Shown here one piece after another: positions 23,596-36,536 of a DNA stretch of 64,000 nucleotides. Position 1 is the stretch's first letter. Every line of letters begins with the position of its first letter. The stretch is from Lobosporangium transversale (taxonomy: Eukaryota). Both the position numbers and the translations under genes were made by a program. The notes beneath the pieces were generated by a model that was not told the origin of the DNA, did not search any database, and was given only the letters and a program-made list of their open reading frames with translations. Location: the NCBI RefSeq assembly GCF_002105155.1, contig NW_019028981.1, positions 620,001 through 684,000 on the forward strand, read 5' to 3'.

Positions 23596-26500
23596 ATGTC
23601 ATCCAATACCGCTGTAACAAGTCGCATCGACAGACGTCTCTCTGCTGGAGACCCCACCAGCCAATACAACCAGTATTTAAAACAGCAGCAACTGCAAGTA
23701 CAACTACATCGATCCTCAGCAAAAATACCTGGAGGATCACGTCGCCACTCCCATGTAGTCTACTCTACTCAATTACCCTTGCCATCTTCAGCCGAGTCCA
23801 CTCATGGCTCGAGCAGTAGTAGCAGCTCAAGCAGTAGTAGCTCATCTACCAGTTCCAAAAATTCATCCCATGAACAGGGTTATGAACCCATTCGATACAC
23901 GCTTTCCGGTAATAATCCCCAGACACTGAAGTATCTTCGTTGTTATCATTTTCAACATTGATGAAGGCATCTGTTCATTTTGACAGTGCGGACTGCCATA
24001 AGCGGCAAGAAAAAATGGCATTGACTCAACACGTTTAATCTCGTTCCACATCAATCATCAATCTGTATCTGCAACTAGACAATCCTGTGCGACTACCACC
24101 TCCGAGACAGCCTGCTCACAGATCAAAGCTCTCCAAGCAGTATACACCCTCTGAGTCCGAAGAAAGTGATGATGAACCATTAGGCTTGGCCCAAGCTTCA
24201 CGACGCTCTAGATACTTGGCTAACCAGCCCATTGAACCGAACGACAATATCGACAGCAACACTAAAAACAATAGTAGTGCGGCTGAAAGTCTTCGAGGTA
24301 GATAACGGCTTTCTCACATATTGCTACCCAATCATTCCTGCTAAAAATTTACCTTTACCATCAACATCACTTTTTATTTTTTTTATTTTTTATTTTATTT
24401 TTTATTTTTTTTTATGCCCATATCATTACTTGATGACAAGCACCATCATTTTCTCGTCGCAACTTGTCGCGATCCTTTTACATGTCCCATGCCGCAAAGC
24501 TCTGTCCTCATTACTGCTATGGCAATGTTTCCTAAGTTTGATTGTCCAAAAAATTAACCATGCTTATTTTGTTTTATTTTGTTTTATTATCATGACTGTG
24601 GTCCGGTTTGTTCTTGGGAACGACTTGGGTACTTGAACTACCCTCTCTTCTGCTCCTTCCCTTCTCCCACCTATCGTCATCTGTATTGCACTGACTACAG
24701 CTATCTCGAGGTTGAACATGACTCAAAGTATGGGCAAATCGGATGGAAATGAAAGTGCTGACACTGCCTCGCCGAAAAATGCTACAAAAAAACGTAAGCA
24801 ACGCATGATCATGAAAATCGGGATTATCATTATAGTAAGCATTAAATGAAATCATTATTAATGTCGAAGCTCGTGTCAATCTTCCTAGTCACCTTGGTTA
24901 AAAGAATATCACGCCTCTTTGGCAGCGGATCCAAAGATTCCAAAAAAGCGGAATCTGCCATAACGGAAACTGCCTTGAACAGTAATGTCAAGAATGATCA
25001 GCGCAGCAGTCTGATCACACCAAACTCTTCAAAGCATTCGATTGAAGTTATTGAAGAGCCAAGGGGATCGGAGATGCCCGACGAGCTTTCAGCTCCCGCT
25101 GGTACCTTCTATGGGCGATCGTTATCGTCACCTGATGTACGTAAAGTAGGCATAGCCAACAGCAGCACAGAAATCTTGGCCAGCGCTCCTCAAGCGTCAG
25201 CGGGACATTCTATCCGCAATTCGACCTTACTGGAAAGTCACAACCGCAAGGCACGCGACAGTGGCTTTGGAGACATGGAGATCCAAGGACAACATCGCCG
25301 GTATTCCAGTGCCATATCTATGGTTGGAGTGACCGCTCGCACATCCTACCCAAAGCTTGACCATGGCCAAAGACAACGCTCGTCATCTTCCCCACTTGTT
25401 GGAGGGGAAATTTTGTACATAGACCAACCAGTCTCGAACCATAGCCAGAACCATCTACCTAAACAGCCACTTCGGACACCGGACTCGCCTTCGCAACATC
25501 CGTTTTCAGACGCAACGGGACGACCAGGCACAACTATGGGAGACCCTCTCCGCCCGCGGAGGACCACCTTGATGGATGGTTCCGTTCGTGATTTACCTCC
25601 GCATCTTACTACCACAGGAAGGAGAAGTAGTACTCCAGTGGCCATCCCTGAGACATTAGTGTCCAGAATCGACAGAGAAAAATCAACTGTTTGCTTCCAG
25701 GCCCCCGCGTCTCGAAGAGAATCTTACTTGCGCGATCCAAACTTGGATCCTGCACTATCAAGCCTAGTCCAGCAACATCGCCGCGACTTCCAGATCAATG
25801 CTCGCCTTGGAGGGACTGGTGCTGTTCCTCAGTCAGCCGCAGCTTCTCAACAGCAGCAGCAAAATGATTCAGGTCTGATGATTGATTCGCAACTAGCCAA
25901 CAATATCCGCGACATTCGTATATCTAATCCTAGAAGAGATTCCTATAGTTCACAATTAAGCAACTCTCCACTCCATCATCCCGTCAACACTGCCCCTCCC
26001 ACACCGCCTACACCGGCAACACCAGGGCCCTATCTCTTAGATGTCAACCCGCGTCGGTTATCAAATAGCCACCACCAAATGAGCCACCCATATCCCACTG
26101 GACAACGGTCTTCGTTCTCGGGAAATCATGGCAATTTATTACATGCAGCTGCAAATGCTTCTGCAAAGCAACATCAGCTGCAGCAACAACAACATCAACT
26201 GCCCTCACCACAGGTTACACCACAAGGGACATACACTGGGGGCCAAGGACGCCATCGTGCTTCTCCTCACCGACAATCGAGTGCCAGCTATTTTAATTTG
26301 CCACAACAGCAGCAAATGTACGTAACGTCATCTACTAATATCTCGCCACATCTCAGTCCAGTTCATGGAGCGGCGCCTTTGACTTGCAATAAACACGAGC
26401 TCTCTGTTGCTATACAGCATCAACAAAATCAACAGCAACAGATGCAGCTCCAATTCCAACAGCAGCAACAATTCCAACAACAGCAACTTCAGCAGTTGCA

Positions 26501-27239
26501 GCAACAACAGCAGCAGGTGCAAGTACAGCAACAGCAACAGTACTATCAAGCGGTATCCCCATTAGCGCTACTGCAGCAGCAACATCCTATTACGGTCCAG
26601 CAATTGCAGCTGGAGCAACTACAGCAATTCCGCATCCAACAGCAGCAGCTCTTATTGCAGCAGCAGCAGCAGCTTCAGCAGCAGCTAGAACAAACGCGTG
26701 CAGCTGTTGCGGCTTCTGCAGCTCAGGCAGCAGTTGTAGCGGCGCAAATAATACCGACCTCTACCATAAACTCGACCTCACTCACCCCAACTGAGGCCAC
26801 ATCTACAGAAATGGCCATGTCAATTAACACCACTGAGATTGCTACTACTGATGCGGCGCCAACAGCAGTATCAGTAACAACTACACAGGCACAGCAACAG
26901 CAAGTCATGGTCAGTAATTTTCCGCTCCACTTTGCCCTCCCTGCAGCTCCAGTTTTGACGACGACTATGGGCGTGGGTATGGGGATGGGATTGGAATTGG
27001 GTGTTAATCCATCGACCATGGACATTATGAATGCAGGTGTCCCCGTTCCTGTTTCTCTTCCTATGAGCGTGGGTGTGAACACACTAGGTGGTTATAGGCA
27101 GGCAATGGTTGCTACTACACAGTTGACTCCACAATTGACTCCGCAGCTTATGGGATATCCAACCACTACGCCATTGTACGCCTATCAACAACAGCAGCAA
27201 GTACAACTGCAGACACAGCAACTGCAACAAATGCAATAA
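23596..27239 (+). CDS. Uncharacterized low-complexity protein with long polyQ/Q-rich region (~960 aa)
   Basis: Exons 23596-23908, 24079-24297, 24889-27239 with phase-compatible GT-AG introns and a 797-aa open frame. ESDDEPLGL motif. No folded domain recognised. The second intron (~590 nt) is less certain. Confidence 0.7.
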
Positions 27240-27561
27240 AGACAATTAAGAAAATACCCCATATCCTCAAGTTGACTCCTTCTTCTTTTTTTGAGTGCCG
27301 AGAGGTACAAAACGAGGAGACTAAGTTGATCAATTAATTGGTAAAATATATATATATCTTTAGTGGCATCGAATCAGCTCCTGCAAAACACCGATATAGG
27401 TCATGGATCTTGTATATTAATATCATAATAAAACAATCCTAGCATTATATTCATTTTCTGAGATTTAATTTCATCTGTCTTTGCTCCCAAGGTGTCCCGT
27501 ATAGAGTCTAGAAGTAGCGATTAGGGCATTCACAGGAATAGTATTCTAGTATGTGAGTGGC

Positions 27562-27592
<31 letters not shown>

Positions 27593-30197
27593 CGAGTGCC
27601 AGTTCTCAGTTGCTGTTTCAGAGGGTGATTAGGCATGATTGAAAATCAAACTGTCAATGAAGAAAAAAAAAATAGAGACTCATAAAGATGCCATTTTTGG
27701 TTAGTCCATGTCAATTACAAAAGTTTTATAAAGTAATAGGCTTATAATTGGCAAAAACCTCTCTAAAAGAGAGGTCCTATGAATTTCTAGAAAAAAGAGT
27801 ACACGAACGCGACGCACATTCTCTTGATGAAACGTTTTACTTTATCGAAATATACAATCATAGACTTACTACGCATTCAGTTTAGCCAGGTTGAGTTATC
27901 CATCAGAACGCCGATGCTTCCTTTGTTAAAGCGAAGTTAAGGCTTGTACATACACCTGGATGCTACCATTCTGTAGCAGTTTCGGAATCCGCAGAACATC
28001 GCTTCCTATGGCGTCAAGTGCCAAAGATGAGTCCTCTGTTTGAAAAACGCTCGTCCCGGGCTCGGAGCCTGCGAGCCTCCTGTGTAATTAAGCCAATAAT
28101 TTTTTTTGTTCATGGGAGGATCCTTAAGTATCAGATTACTGTCGTCATATGATTTTATTCACAAAATGTAAAAAAAAATCGCTTATCTGTGTCATCACGA
28201 GCCATTCGTTTCGTTTTCACCAGGACCATCAGGGCTAAACGCTTTTTGCTTTACTAAGATATATGAAGTACATTGATTCAGGTTTGGAAAACCCATTAGT
28301 GAGGGATACGATTGAATGCAAACATTGATACCAAAGTTAGCCTTTACTGCTCGGCCATAAGCTGTATACATGCCTTGCATGGTTGCATATACCATATAGA
28401 TATAGAATAGAATAGAGACGATCGTGATGAGGACAATGATTGTAAAGATCATACATATAGAGCATGTTTCAAGCTCAATAAGGGTGAAAAAGTAGTGAAA
28501 GGTGATAATGATTGAACTTTATCGGCCGTTAATCAAAGAGTTGTCATATGGTTCTCGTGTAGCCGCTACCATACACGCCTACAGCTTTAACAGCCTCGTG
28601 TTCATCCGTAGCATTTTCGAGCAGTTGTGGCAGTTAATGATGATATTTGCTTCGACGCAGTGTACGTCTCTCTTACACCACCCCCTTCTATTGGATGGAG
28701 AGGAGGTTCTCAACTTACAAGGACATTGTTAAGTGGCAAAGGGTCACAAACTTGCTCTTGCAAAGGCTGACCAATATTTACGCATTGTTTACTGTTGATG
28801 ATGCTATTCTTCATAAAAGAGCCATTGACAATTGAGGTTGTTCAGCCCGTATTTAGGCTTTTTGGATCTACTTGTACTTTGAAAATGCTTTTCATTCATA
28901 GCAACAAAATTGGGCTGTAGCAAGTCCATAATTATGGGATACCAGAAGTATGAGCCAAAAGAAGCTCTCATACATTGTAGACTATACGTGCCCTGTTGTG
29001 TCATTGGGTTCTGCCTTGTCTCCAAAGGACCGATAAGATCGTCTTCAACGGAGGAATGATATTGCTACCCATTCTATCCCATCTGGGAGCTCGCCAGACT
29101 TATATAAGATCATCATACCAAACTCCTTGCATAAATGTATGAGGAAAATGAGGCGAAAAAGCAGTAATGTCATTTCGGAGTAGTTTCACATTCCATATCA
29201 TTAAGCACAGAGATCCCAACACTCAAAAGCCTCCTCGATTAAGGAGGAGGTTGATGTCTGGATCAATAATTATTTTCTCAGGATATTAAGTAATATGGAT
29301 TAATCTGCTAAACTTTTGTGAAAGCTAAGAGCATTCATGATGATAACGAGGACAAAGGAACGAAGATGATTGAATAAACGTCAATTGTGAAATTTCTATC
29401 CATTCTATTTTGCTTTGACTTCAGCCAAAACTTATTTTATTAAATATGACTACAGCCAAAAAAAAAAAAATAAAAAAAAAAAAATAAACGCGTTTTCATG
29501 GTGATATTATTTACTCTATTTCTACATGTAACGATATATTACGACCCCAGTTTCTATTCATTGCAACTAATAAAACGCTTGACAGTAAGCTCCTTGTCTT
29601 GGACTTGTGATTGTGTCCAAAACACCACAAATGTCCATACCAAAAATTGGGGCGTCATTCTCTTTTTAAAGGATCTCTCTTTGGTGTATAGCAAATGAAT
29701 ACAAGACAAAGATAAAGACAAATAAACGCCGATTACAGAAAAATGTAGGATGTGTATGTCTGCGCGTGAGTGAGAGTACATTAGATGAACATGTACTGAA
29801 AAGGGGCATGAATGACACGTCTCGTGGAGCTTTCTTTGTGAACATTAAGAGCATGATAAAGACATGTTTTATTGAAGAGATAAAGTATTACAATTATTTA
29901 TGCAAGGCGAAAAATAAAAAAAGGTATTACGTGACCTTCAAAGAGAAATGGTCTAGTTTTTTTTTGTGTTCCTCAGATTAGGTCGGTTAGTCTATGACTA
30001 TGATGATTGAAATGACGGTAATGCCTTTCTTTGTTTGTTTGTGTGTGAACATTAGAGAGAATGATGAGAAGGTCGGGGGGGAACATTGTGCATTAATAAA
30101 AAAGAAAAAAGAAAAAAGAAAAAAAAAAATGCGCTTGACGGGAGCCATAGTCTGGTGACAAGGCAACTAAAAACAAACAATGATGCTGTCAACTTTT

Positions 30198-31334
30198 TTA
30201 GAGAGGAACCTTGATGCGTTCCTCATTTTCGGGCACTAGCTGTGGGTTTCTGGCAGTGGATTGTGTGCCGATGTAACCACTCTCAATCTTGGCATTCTTG
30301 TCATAAGAGGTCTGTTCAGCACTAGGGACGGGTAGGGTTCCACTAGCGTTCTGGAAAGGCGTGCGGGGAGATGAATGTCCGCCAGTAGTGGAAGGAGGAG
30401 GTTGTGGGTAGGATTTAGGTGAGGCAGTTGCATGGGTCATGGAAGGCGAACCAGTTCCTTGGCTATAATTGTTGCTGTTATTAGCATACCCAATGGGAGC
30501 AGGAGGTACAAATTGGTTTTGATATTGTTGCTGTTGCTGATAGTCCTCGGGAGGATAGTATCCTTGTTGTTGGTCAGCATAATATGCTTGTCCCTGCTGT
30601 TGCTGTTGACGTTGAGCATAGTATGGGTCGTATTGATCGTATTGTTCTTGGTATCCTGCTCCATATGGCACTTGCTGGTAACCCTGCTGATAATCAAATC
30701 CATCATTATTATGGCTGTTAGGAAGCTGTGAAGCAGCACCGGCGCCTGCACCTACAGCAGCACCTCCAATAGCAGCCATCTCCAATGGGTGTCCACCTGC
30801 AGGGGTCGAGGGTCGGGCATTGCTGTTTTGAACAGAAGTAGGCCGTGCAGTGGCACCTGCTCCTGGAGCTGCTGCTCCACTATGATCCAAGAACTCTAGA
30901 CGTCTCTTACGTGCTCTATTCTTCTTCTTTTGTCGCATTACGAACACCGCAACTAAGAAGGCAAGAACGAGTACAGCTGCAATCCCTCCTATGACTGGTG
31001 CAAGAACATTTTTACTACCACTTTCGCCACCGTCTTTTTTATTCGGGTCGTGACCATTATCATCAGGGTCCGATGTTTGGGTAGCGCCAGGAGGGGGATT
31101 TCCACCACTTCCACCATTTCCACCAGATCTAGTTTTCGTCGAAGGGGGTTTAGGGGCTCGAGAAGTTTGGCTAGGGTCAGGTGGAGAAGTGGGATCTGAG
31201 GAAGGATCTGGGTTCGGAGGGGTAGGATTCGAGGGTTGAGATGGTGAGGTAGTGGAGGAAGCAATGGGGGTGGTTGGAGTTGGTTCAAGGGGAGAAGTGG
31301 GAGGGTTGGAAGGGAGAGAGCTGGCAGATGACAT
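30198..31334 (-). CDS. Single-pass membrane protein (P/S/T-rich N-terminus, TM, Y/Q-rich tail), Mid2/Skg6-like architecture
   Basis: Intronless 378-aa ORF. TM VLAPVIGGIAAVLVLAFLVAVFVM followed by basic RQKKKNRARKRR. Confidence 0.85.
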   Translation of the reverse strand: MSSASSLPSNPPTSPLEPTPTTPIASSTTSPSQPSNPTPPNPDPSSDPTSPPDPSQTSRAPKPPSTKTRSGGNGGSGGNPPPGATQTSDPDDNGHDPNKKDGGESGSKNVLAPVIGGIAAVLVLAFLVAVFVMRQKKKNRARKRRLEFLDHSGAAAPGAGATARPTSVQNSNARPSTPAGGHPLEMAAIGGAAVGAGAGAASQLPNSHNNDGFDYQQGYQQVPYGAGYQEQYDQYDPYYAQRQQQQQGQAYYADQQQGYYPPEDYQQQQQYQNQFVPPAPIGYANNSNNYSQGTGSPSMTHATASPKSYPQPPPSTTGGHSSPRTPFQNASGTLPVPSAEQTSYDKNAKIESGYIGTQSTARNPQLVPENEERIKVPL

Positions 31335-31595
31335 GATTAAAGAGTAATTGAATGTGAGGATGGATCAAGAATGATTTGATTTAAATTAGAAAAGAAAAAA
31401 AAAAAGAAAGAAAGAGGAAGAAAAAAAAAAAAAAAAAGAGAGAGACACACAAGAGAAATGCAGTTGGTCTGGGATGTGATGTAGTACAGAAAGATATGTC
31501 GATGTCAATGGACAAGAATATCAAGAAGAAAAAGAGAAAAAGTCCCCTGGTTGGAGGTGGTTTTTTTTTTATTTAAAAAAACGTTGCTTTTGTTA

Positions 31596-31621
31596 TTGCT
31601 TGCTTGCTTGCTTGCTTGCTT
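31596..31621. repeat. (TTGC)n microsatellite, ~6 units
   Basis: ttgcttgcttgcttgcttgcttgct read directly from the sequence. Confidence 0.9.
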
Positions 31622-34600
31622 TATTTTTTCATCCTTGGGTTGGGGTTGGGACAGCAACGGAAGAGAGGGGAGGACAGGTATTTAAAGATCATGAATCGTG
31701 TGAACACACAAAGAATGGATGCAATAAAGATGAGATGCAATTTAATTTGTCCCTGGGCTCGTCTTTTTTCAATGTCTCATTTCTATTTATTGGTCCTGGC
31801 GATTATATTACATCCGAGAACAGGGGCAAATACGTACAAAAAATACTGTCATCTCGTTTAGTTTTCTTTGCCTTGGCCCAAGGCACATCGATCGGGCCCT
31901 TCATCTTTGAAAATAAAATACTATGCAGTCAACTTTTCTGGACAAAATCATCTTTGAACGTCCCGTTCCTTTCAAAAGGAGTAAAATAAAACCGCTCAAC
32001 GGTTTTTTTTTGTTTTTTTGTTTTTATTTTTCCTGTTCCTGAACCATCTTCTTTTGTCCATTTCTTTCCTGCCTTCGCAGGCAGACAACGATTATACTCA
32101 CAAGGGGAATTCTCTGGTTAGATCAAATAGAAAAGATGTTGGCCTCTTGACATCAGCTATGGTACGCCAGTTAGATCATATAGCATAAGGAAATTTTATC
32201 CGAATCCCCAATACCGCCAAGAGCCTTGGACTGAGTTTAACAAAAGAGAATATTTAATTTCATTTCACGGTATTCAGCCACAGCGCCTTAACTGGGTCAG
32301 GCTGACGGACATCAACATAGACTTATTTTTTATTATTGGCCATCCCAAGAGATGGAATAAGTAAATTATAAGAGAACAAGCGAATGTCATACCCATCTGC
32401 GACTGAGACTTTTAGGCTTTGCTCTGCCTTCTTGACCCGGATATAGTGATTGGGCCCAGTAAAGTCATTGAGATAGTTTCAAACAAATATTAGCGCCATT
32501 TTTATTGGTAAAAGTGGACTGTAAAGTGGAAACAGCTTGGTATATTCATTGGTGGCTTTGAATGTATCTCCATCCATACTCTCATTGGCTTCTTTCTCTT
32601 CCAAGCTTCAAAGGGATAGCTCGTCTGTGGCTGCCCAGATTACCAGTCCTGATCCAATCTCTTGGGACTACATAAGATTTCTTTCGGATTAGCAGAGCAT
32701 TATGGTAGTTGCCACCAAGTTTGCTAGAGTTTGATGATGTCGTATGTTCAAGTGCTTCGCCCAAATTCCTGAGGCCTCATGGTATATTTTCGCTCTCTAG
32801 ACTTCCACGTATAAACCTAGGTTACAGTGCTCTTTTTTTTTTTTTTTTTTTATTCTTCACCTGAATGGACTTTTGTTCATACTCGTCTGTATTCAATTAT
32901 GATGCCAGTTCTGTGTTGCACTTGGATCCACACTATGTTATGTTCTTAGAGTATTCGTTGGTTGCTAAAGTGTGCATACTTTGAACGAAGCACGGCTCTT
33001 TTCAACAGTTGCCTGCACATGATTGACTAATTCAGTTTTTTTTTAACGCTCTTCCTGTGTGTCCAAGCTCGGCACCAAGGTAAGCTTATTGGTGAACCAC
33101 ATCACTCATACCAACCACACCCCTCGTTCATATTTTCATTTGATAAAAAACTCCTCTTTCACTACATTCATCCTATGATAACAATACTCATATGTCCATT
33201 TACGAATGTTGACTATGGTGCCTTGTAGAATGAATAATAGTTATTGCAGGAAGCAAGGTATAAAAAGAAGAGCACACTTTTCATTCTGGTGCTTAGAAAA
33301 CGGCTTCCCAAGAAGTTTTTGTTTTACTCTCAAGGTTTATTTCGATGGACTAGCCTGTCAAGATAGTGGCCGCTTAAAGAACTGTCGATCAAGATGTTGA
33401 TAGTTTTGGATCTATAAAGTAGGATGTCACTAGGCTTATTTAGTTCACTCGAAAAGATAGGGCTGTAATTCTTCAACAGATATAGAAAAGTAATGGATTT
33501 GTGAAGTGAAGGTTGTTTGTGCATATTTATAAGTATTAAACGAGCCACATAGTTTTTGAGTTTTAACAATCAGCCATCTCCATCTTTTTAAAGTCGACAG
33601 GTCAAATTTTCATGTCCAGCGACTGTTACCGGGCGTCTTTATTGTTTGTATATATAATGTCGCCAATGTTCATGTACATGTACATTTAAGTATATAAGCG
33701 TTATCTAACATCGGACTCAAAGGCGGAGTTCTTGAGGGAAGAAGGGCGTCATTCTTGTTTGGCTGACTGATCTGCACTGCATGCGCCTCCCCTTTTCTCC
33801 CGTTTTTACCCATCATAGACTACTTCACTAAGTAGACATTGGCACATTCACCCAATTCAGTTTGCGAGTCTCTTGTCAACTTCAGAAGGTAAAGGGGACG
33901 AAGAGTGAGAATGTTTTTACACCCAATCTTTCCCTTACCCATCGCCTCCCTACTAATCATTGCTTGGGTTGACACGAAAGAAGACAAATGATGGAAGAAA
34001 GGGGGGTAGGTAGGTAGGATGAGGAGGTAAGGAGTCAGGGCGCGAAAACTAAAGAATAAAACTTGACCAATAAGACAGAAAAAAAAAAGAAACTAAAGAG
34101 AAGAGTGGGCTTGGATGGGCAAAAGAAGCATACAACAGGCTTGTCAGCTGCATATCCCAGATAGGGGTGGCAATGCAATGCTTGTGCGCCCGTGTTATTT
34201 TTAACAACAGTTCTGAGTGTACTGTCTGTTTTCTGTTTGTGCGCGTGTGCAACCATGCGCTTATTCCTTGGGCCTGTCATCCAAGCACTGCCCTAAAAAT
34301 AAAAGTGGACCAAACGTAAACAATGGCAATGACATCGTTCTCATCGACGGCGGGAGTGAGTCTAGCTTACAATACATTCATGTTCTGTTGTCAATCCACG
34401 GGCGATTTTTTTTTTTCTTTCTTTCGGCTGTCTTTATTGTATGTACAGCGAACGCTCTTCTGCGCCCATTTGCTTTCATTCGTCTACCTTTGAGGCGAAG
34501 GGACAGAGCATCTGTCGTACCATAAAAAAAAACAAAAAATAAAGAGTAAACACAGCCATCTATAACGCGCCGATACCACCAGTCATCCTTAGTAAAAATG

Positions 34601-34997
34601 TAATGCTGACATTTCTTTCCTTGACCTCGGAAGGGAGTGGGAGTACAAAGAATTGAGTGACCTTTAAAAACAAACAAGCCAACAAACCACAACACGACCA
34701 TCCCGCACAGCCCAAAATGTATTTATATTCATCGAAGAACAGACCATGCCCTGTCTTTCTTCTCTTCTCTTTTTTCTTTTTCTCCTTGATTGTCTATGTT
34801 CTCAGCGACAACGACAACACAACAACAACGATAGCGTCAGTCTTCTGCCTCAATAATCCCTCTCTGTTGATTTATGCGATCTATTTCTTTATCCTTCTTC
34901 GCCAGTTTTCTCATCACTCAATTGTTGTTTTCTCTTCCACATCGGTTGTCCCACCTTTGAATATCTTAATCTTCAATTGATAAACAAAAATATAACC

Positions 34998-36416
34998 ATG
35001 GCGCCCTCTTATATAGTTGATCCAATGAATTCTATCTTGGAGAGGCGCTCACTGCCTATTCTCCACAAACGCGCCCCACCTTCTGAAGGTGACACTGAGG
35101 GCTCATCGTCCAACAATACTGCTGTCATTATCGGTGTGAGCGTAGGTTCACTGTTGCTCATTCTATCGCTTGCATTGTTCTATTGGTGCATTCGTAAACG
35201 ACGCGCCTCGCGGAGGATCGGCCAGCTCCAACGATTCCTGCCCACATTTATGGATCAAGAAAAAACCGAAAAATATTTCCAGAACCAAGGCTCCGCCACA
35301 ACATTGGTGGGTAGTACTCAAGGCAGCGAAAAACCCCCAAAGGGGTTGGAGCGACCATCAAACGTCCATCACCGAACTCGATCTGCTCCTATTGCCTTCA
35401 CGAAGAGTGTGATGGACCACAGAAACAGACAGCTTGAGCGGGACGGATCCCTGGGACAGTTCCAGCAGATTTCTCTCGTCTCTGAAGAGACTATGAATGA
35501 GAAAGAGTCTGAACATAAACGAACCTTGTCTCGCAGATCTGCCATCACCCGCTCTATTACAAAACCTGGTGCAGCCCCCGCTAAGAGTACGCTTCATCGA
35601 AGTGTCAGCCTTAATAAACATAATCACGAGGGCACCAATTACAGTCGATCTGAAGAGCCTAATGTGGAGGAACCGGAGGACTCTGGTCATCTCGGCAAGT
35701 TCGCAGAGGGTGAAAGCTTGGTAGCTCCCAACCGGTTCTCTGCCTTCCTGGATTTTAGCCAACCAATCGAGAGTCTCAACAGTAACAACCGATTCTCGGC
35801 TACATCATTCATTGGTGTTGATCCTGATTTCGATCCTACACGGTTCTCAACCGCTTCAGTCATGTTTGATGCCAAGAGGATTTCTAACGTGTCAGCCGCA
35901 TCCTCAGACGACACGGCATCAATCAGCTCTGAAGAAGAATTCCGACATAACATCCCACCGCATCAGCAACAGCCCTCCTATCACAGCCATTATAATTCAC
36001 CCATAGAGGAGCGTACTCGAGAGGAAGCTGTCTTTAACTTTGGAGACAAGCAGGAGCTAGATGAAGATGAAGAGGTTGTTGTATCACAGCAACAGCAACA
36101 ACAGCAGCAACAACAACCGCGAGTTGTCCAAGGCTATGCCGGCCTACAGAGCTATCCTAGACAACCTTTTTATCCTGCGTTGCCACAGCAGCACAGCCCA
36201 GTTCCATTGCATATGCCAATGCCAATGCCAATGCCAATGCCTGCCCCCGTTGCTTTCACAGCAAACACTTCACCTGTAATGACACCAAAAGGACCCGGTG
36301 CTCCCCTTCCTCCTAGCATTAAGCTATCTCGTCCTCAGGATGGACAGGAGATGAACCTTGTGGTCGATGATTTTGAAGTTAATGAGGAGAGCCATCACCA
36401 TGGCCAGCAACATTAA
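34998..36416 (+). CDS. Single-pass membrane protein with long disordered C-terminal tail (~472 aa)
   Basis: First ATG at 34998 in a 479-codon open frame. TM VIIGVSVGSLLLILSLALFYWCI then RKRR. PolyQ and (MP)n repeats. Confidence 0.85.
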   Translation: MAPSYIVDPMNSILERRSLPILHKRAPPSEGDTEGSSSNNTAVIIGVSVGSLLLILSLALFYWCIRKRRASRRIGQLQRFLPTFMDQEKTEKYFQNQGSATTLVGSTQGSEKPPKGLERPSNVHHRTRSAPIAFTKSVMDHRNRQLERDGSLGQFQQISLVSEETMNEKESEHKRTLSRRSAITRSITKPGAAPAKSTLHRSVSLNKHNHEGTNYSRSEEPNVEEPEDSGHLGKFAEGESLVAPNRFSAFLDFSQPIESLNSNNRFSATSFIGVDPDFDPTRFSTASVMFDAKRISNVSAASSDDTASISSEEEFRHNIPPHQQQPSYHSHYNSPIEERTREEAVFNFGDKQELDEDEEVVVSQQQQQQQQQQPRVVQGYAGLQSYPRQPFYPALPQQHSPVPLHMPMPMPMPMPAPVAFTANTSPVMTPKGPGAPLPPSIKLSRPQDGQEMNLVVDDFEVNEESHHHGQQH

Positions 36417-36536
36417 GCACTATAGGATATCGAGATGAGTGATGGCGTCGGGGAGCATATTTTAGTGTATATAAAGCGCATATTGCATCTACACAAGGGC
36501 ACTTGTAAATAAAATTTTGTTAATAATCAGAGATTT

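Noticed and set aside
28049..28077. Small GC-rich hairpin resembling a Helitron 3' end
   Set aside because: No downstream CTRR terminus and no other Helitron evidence.
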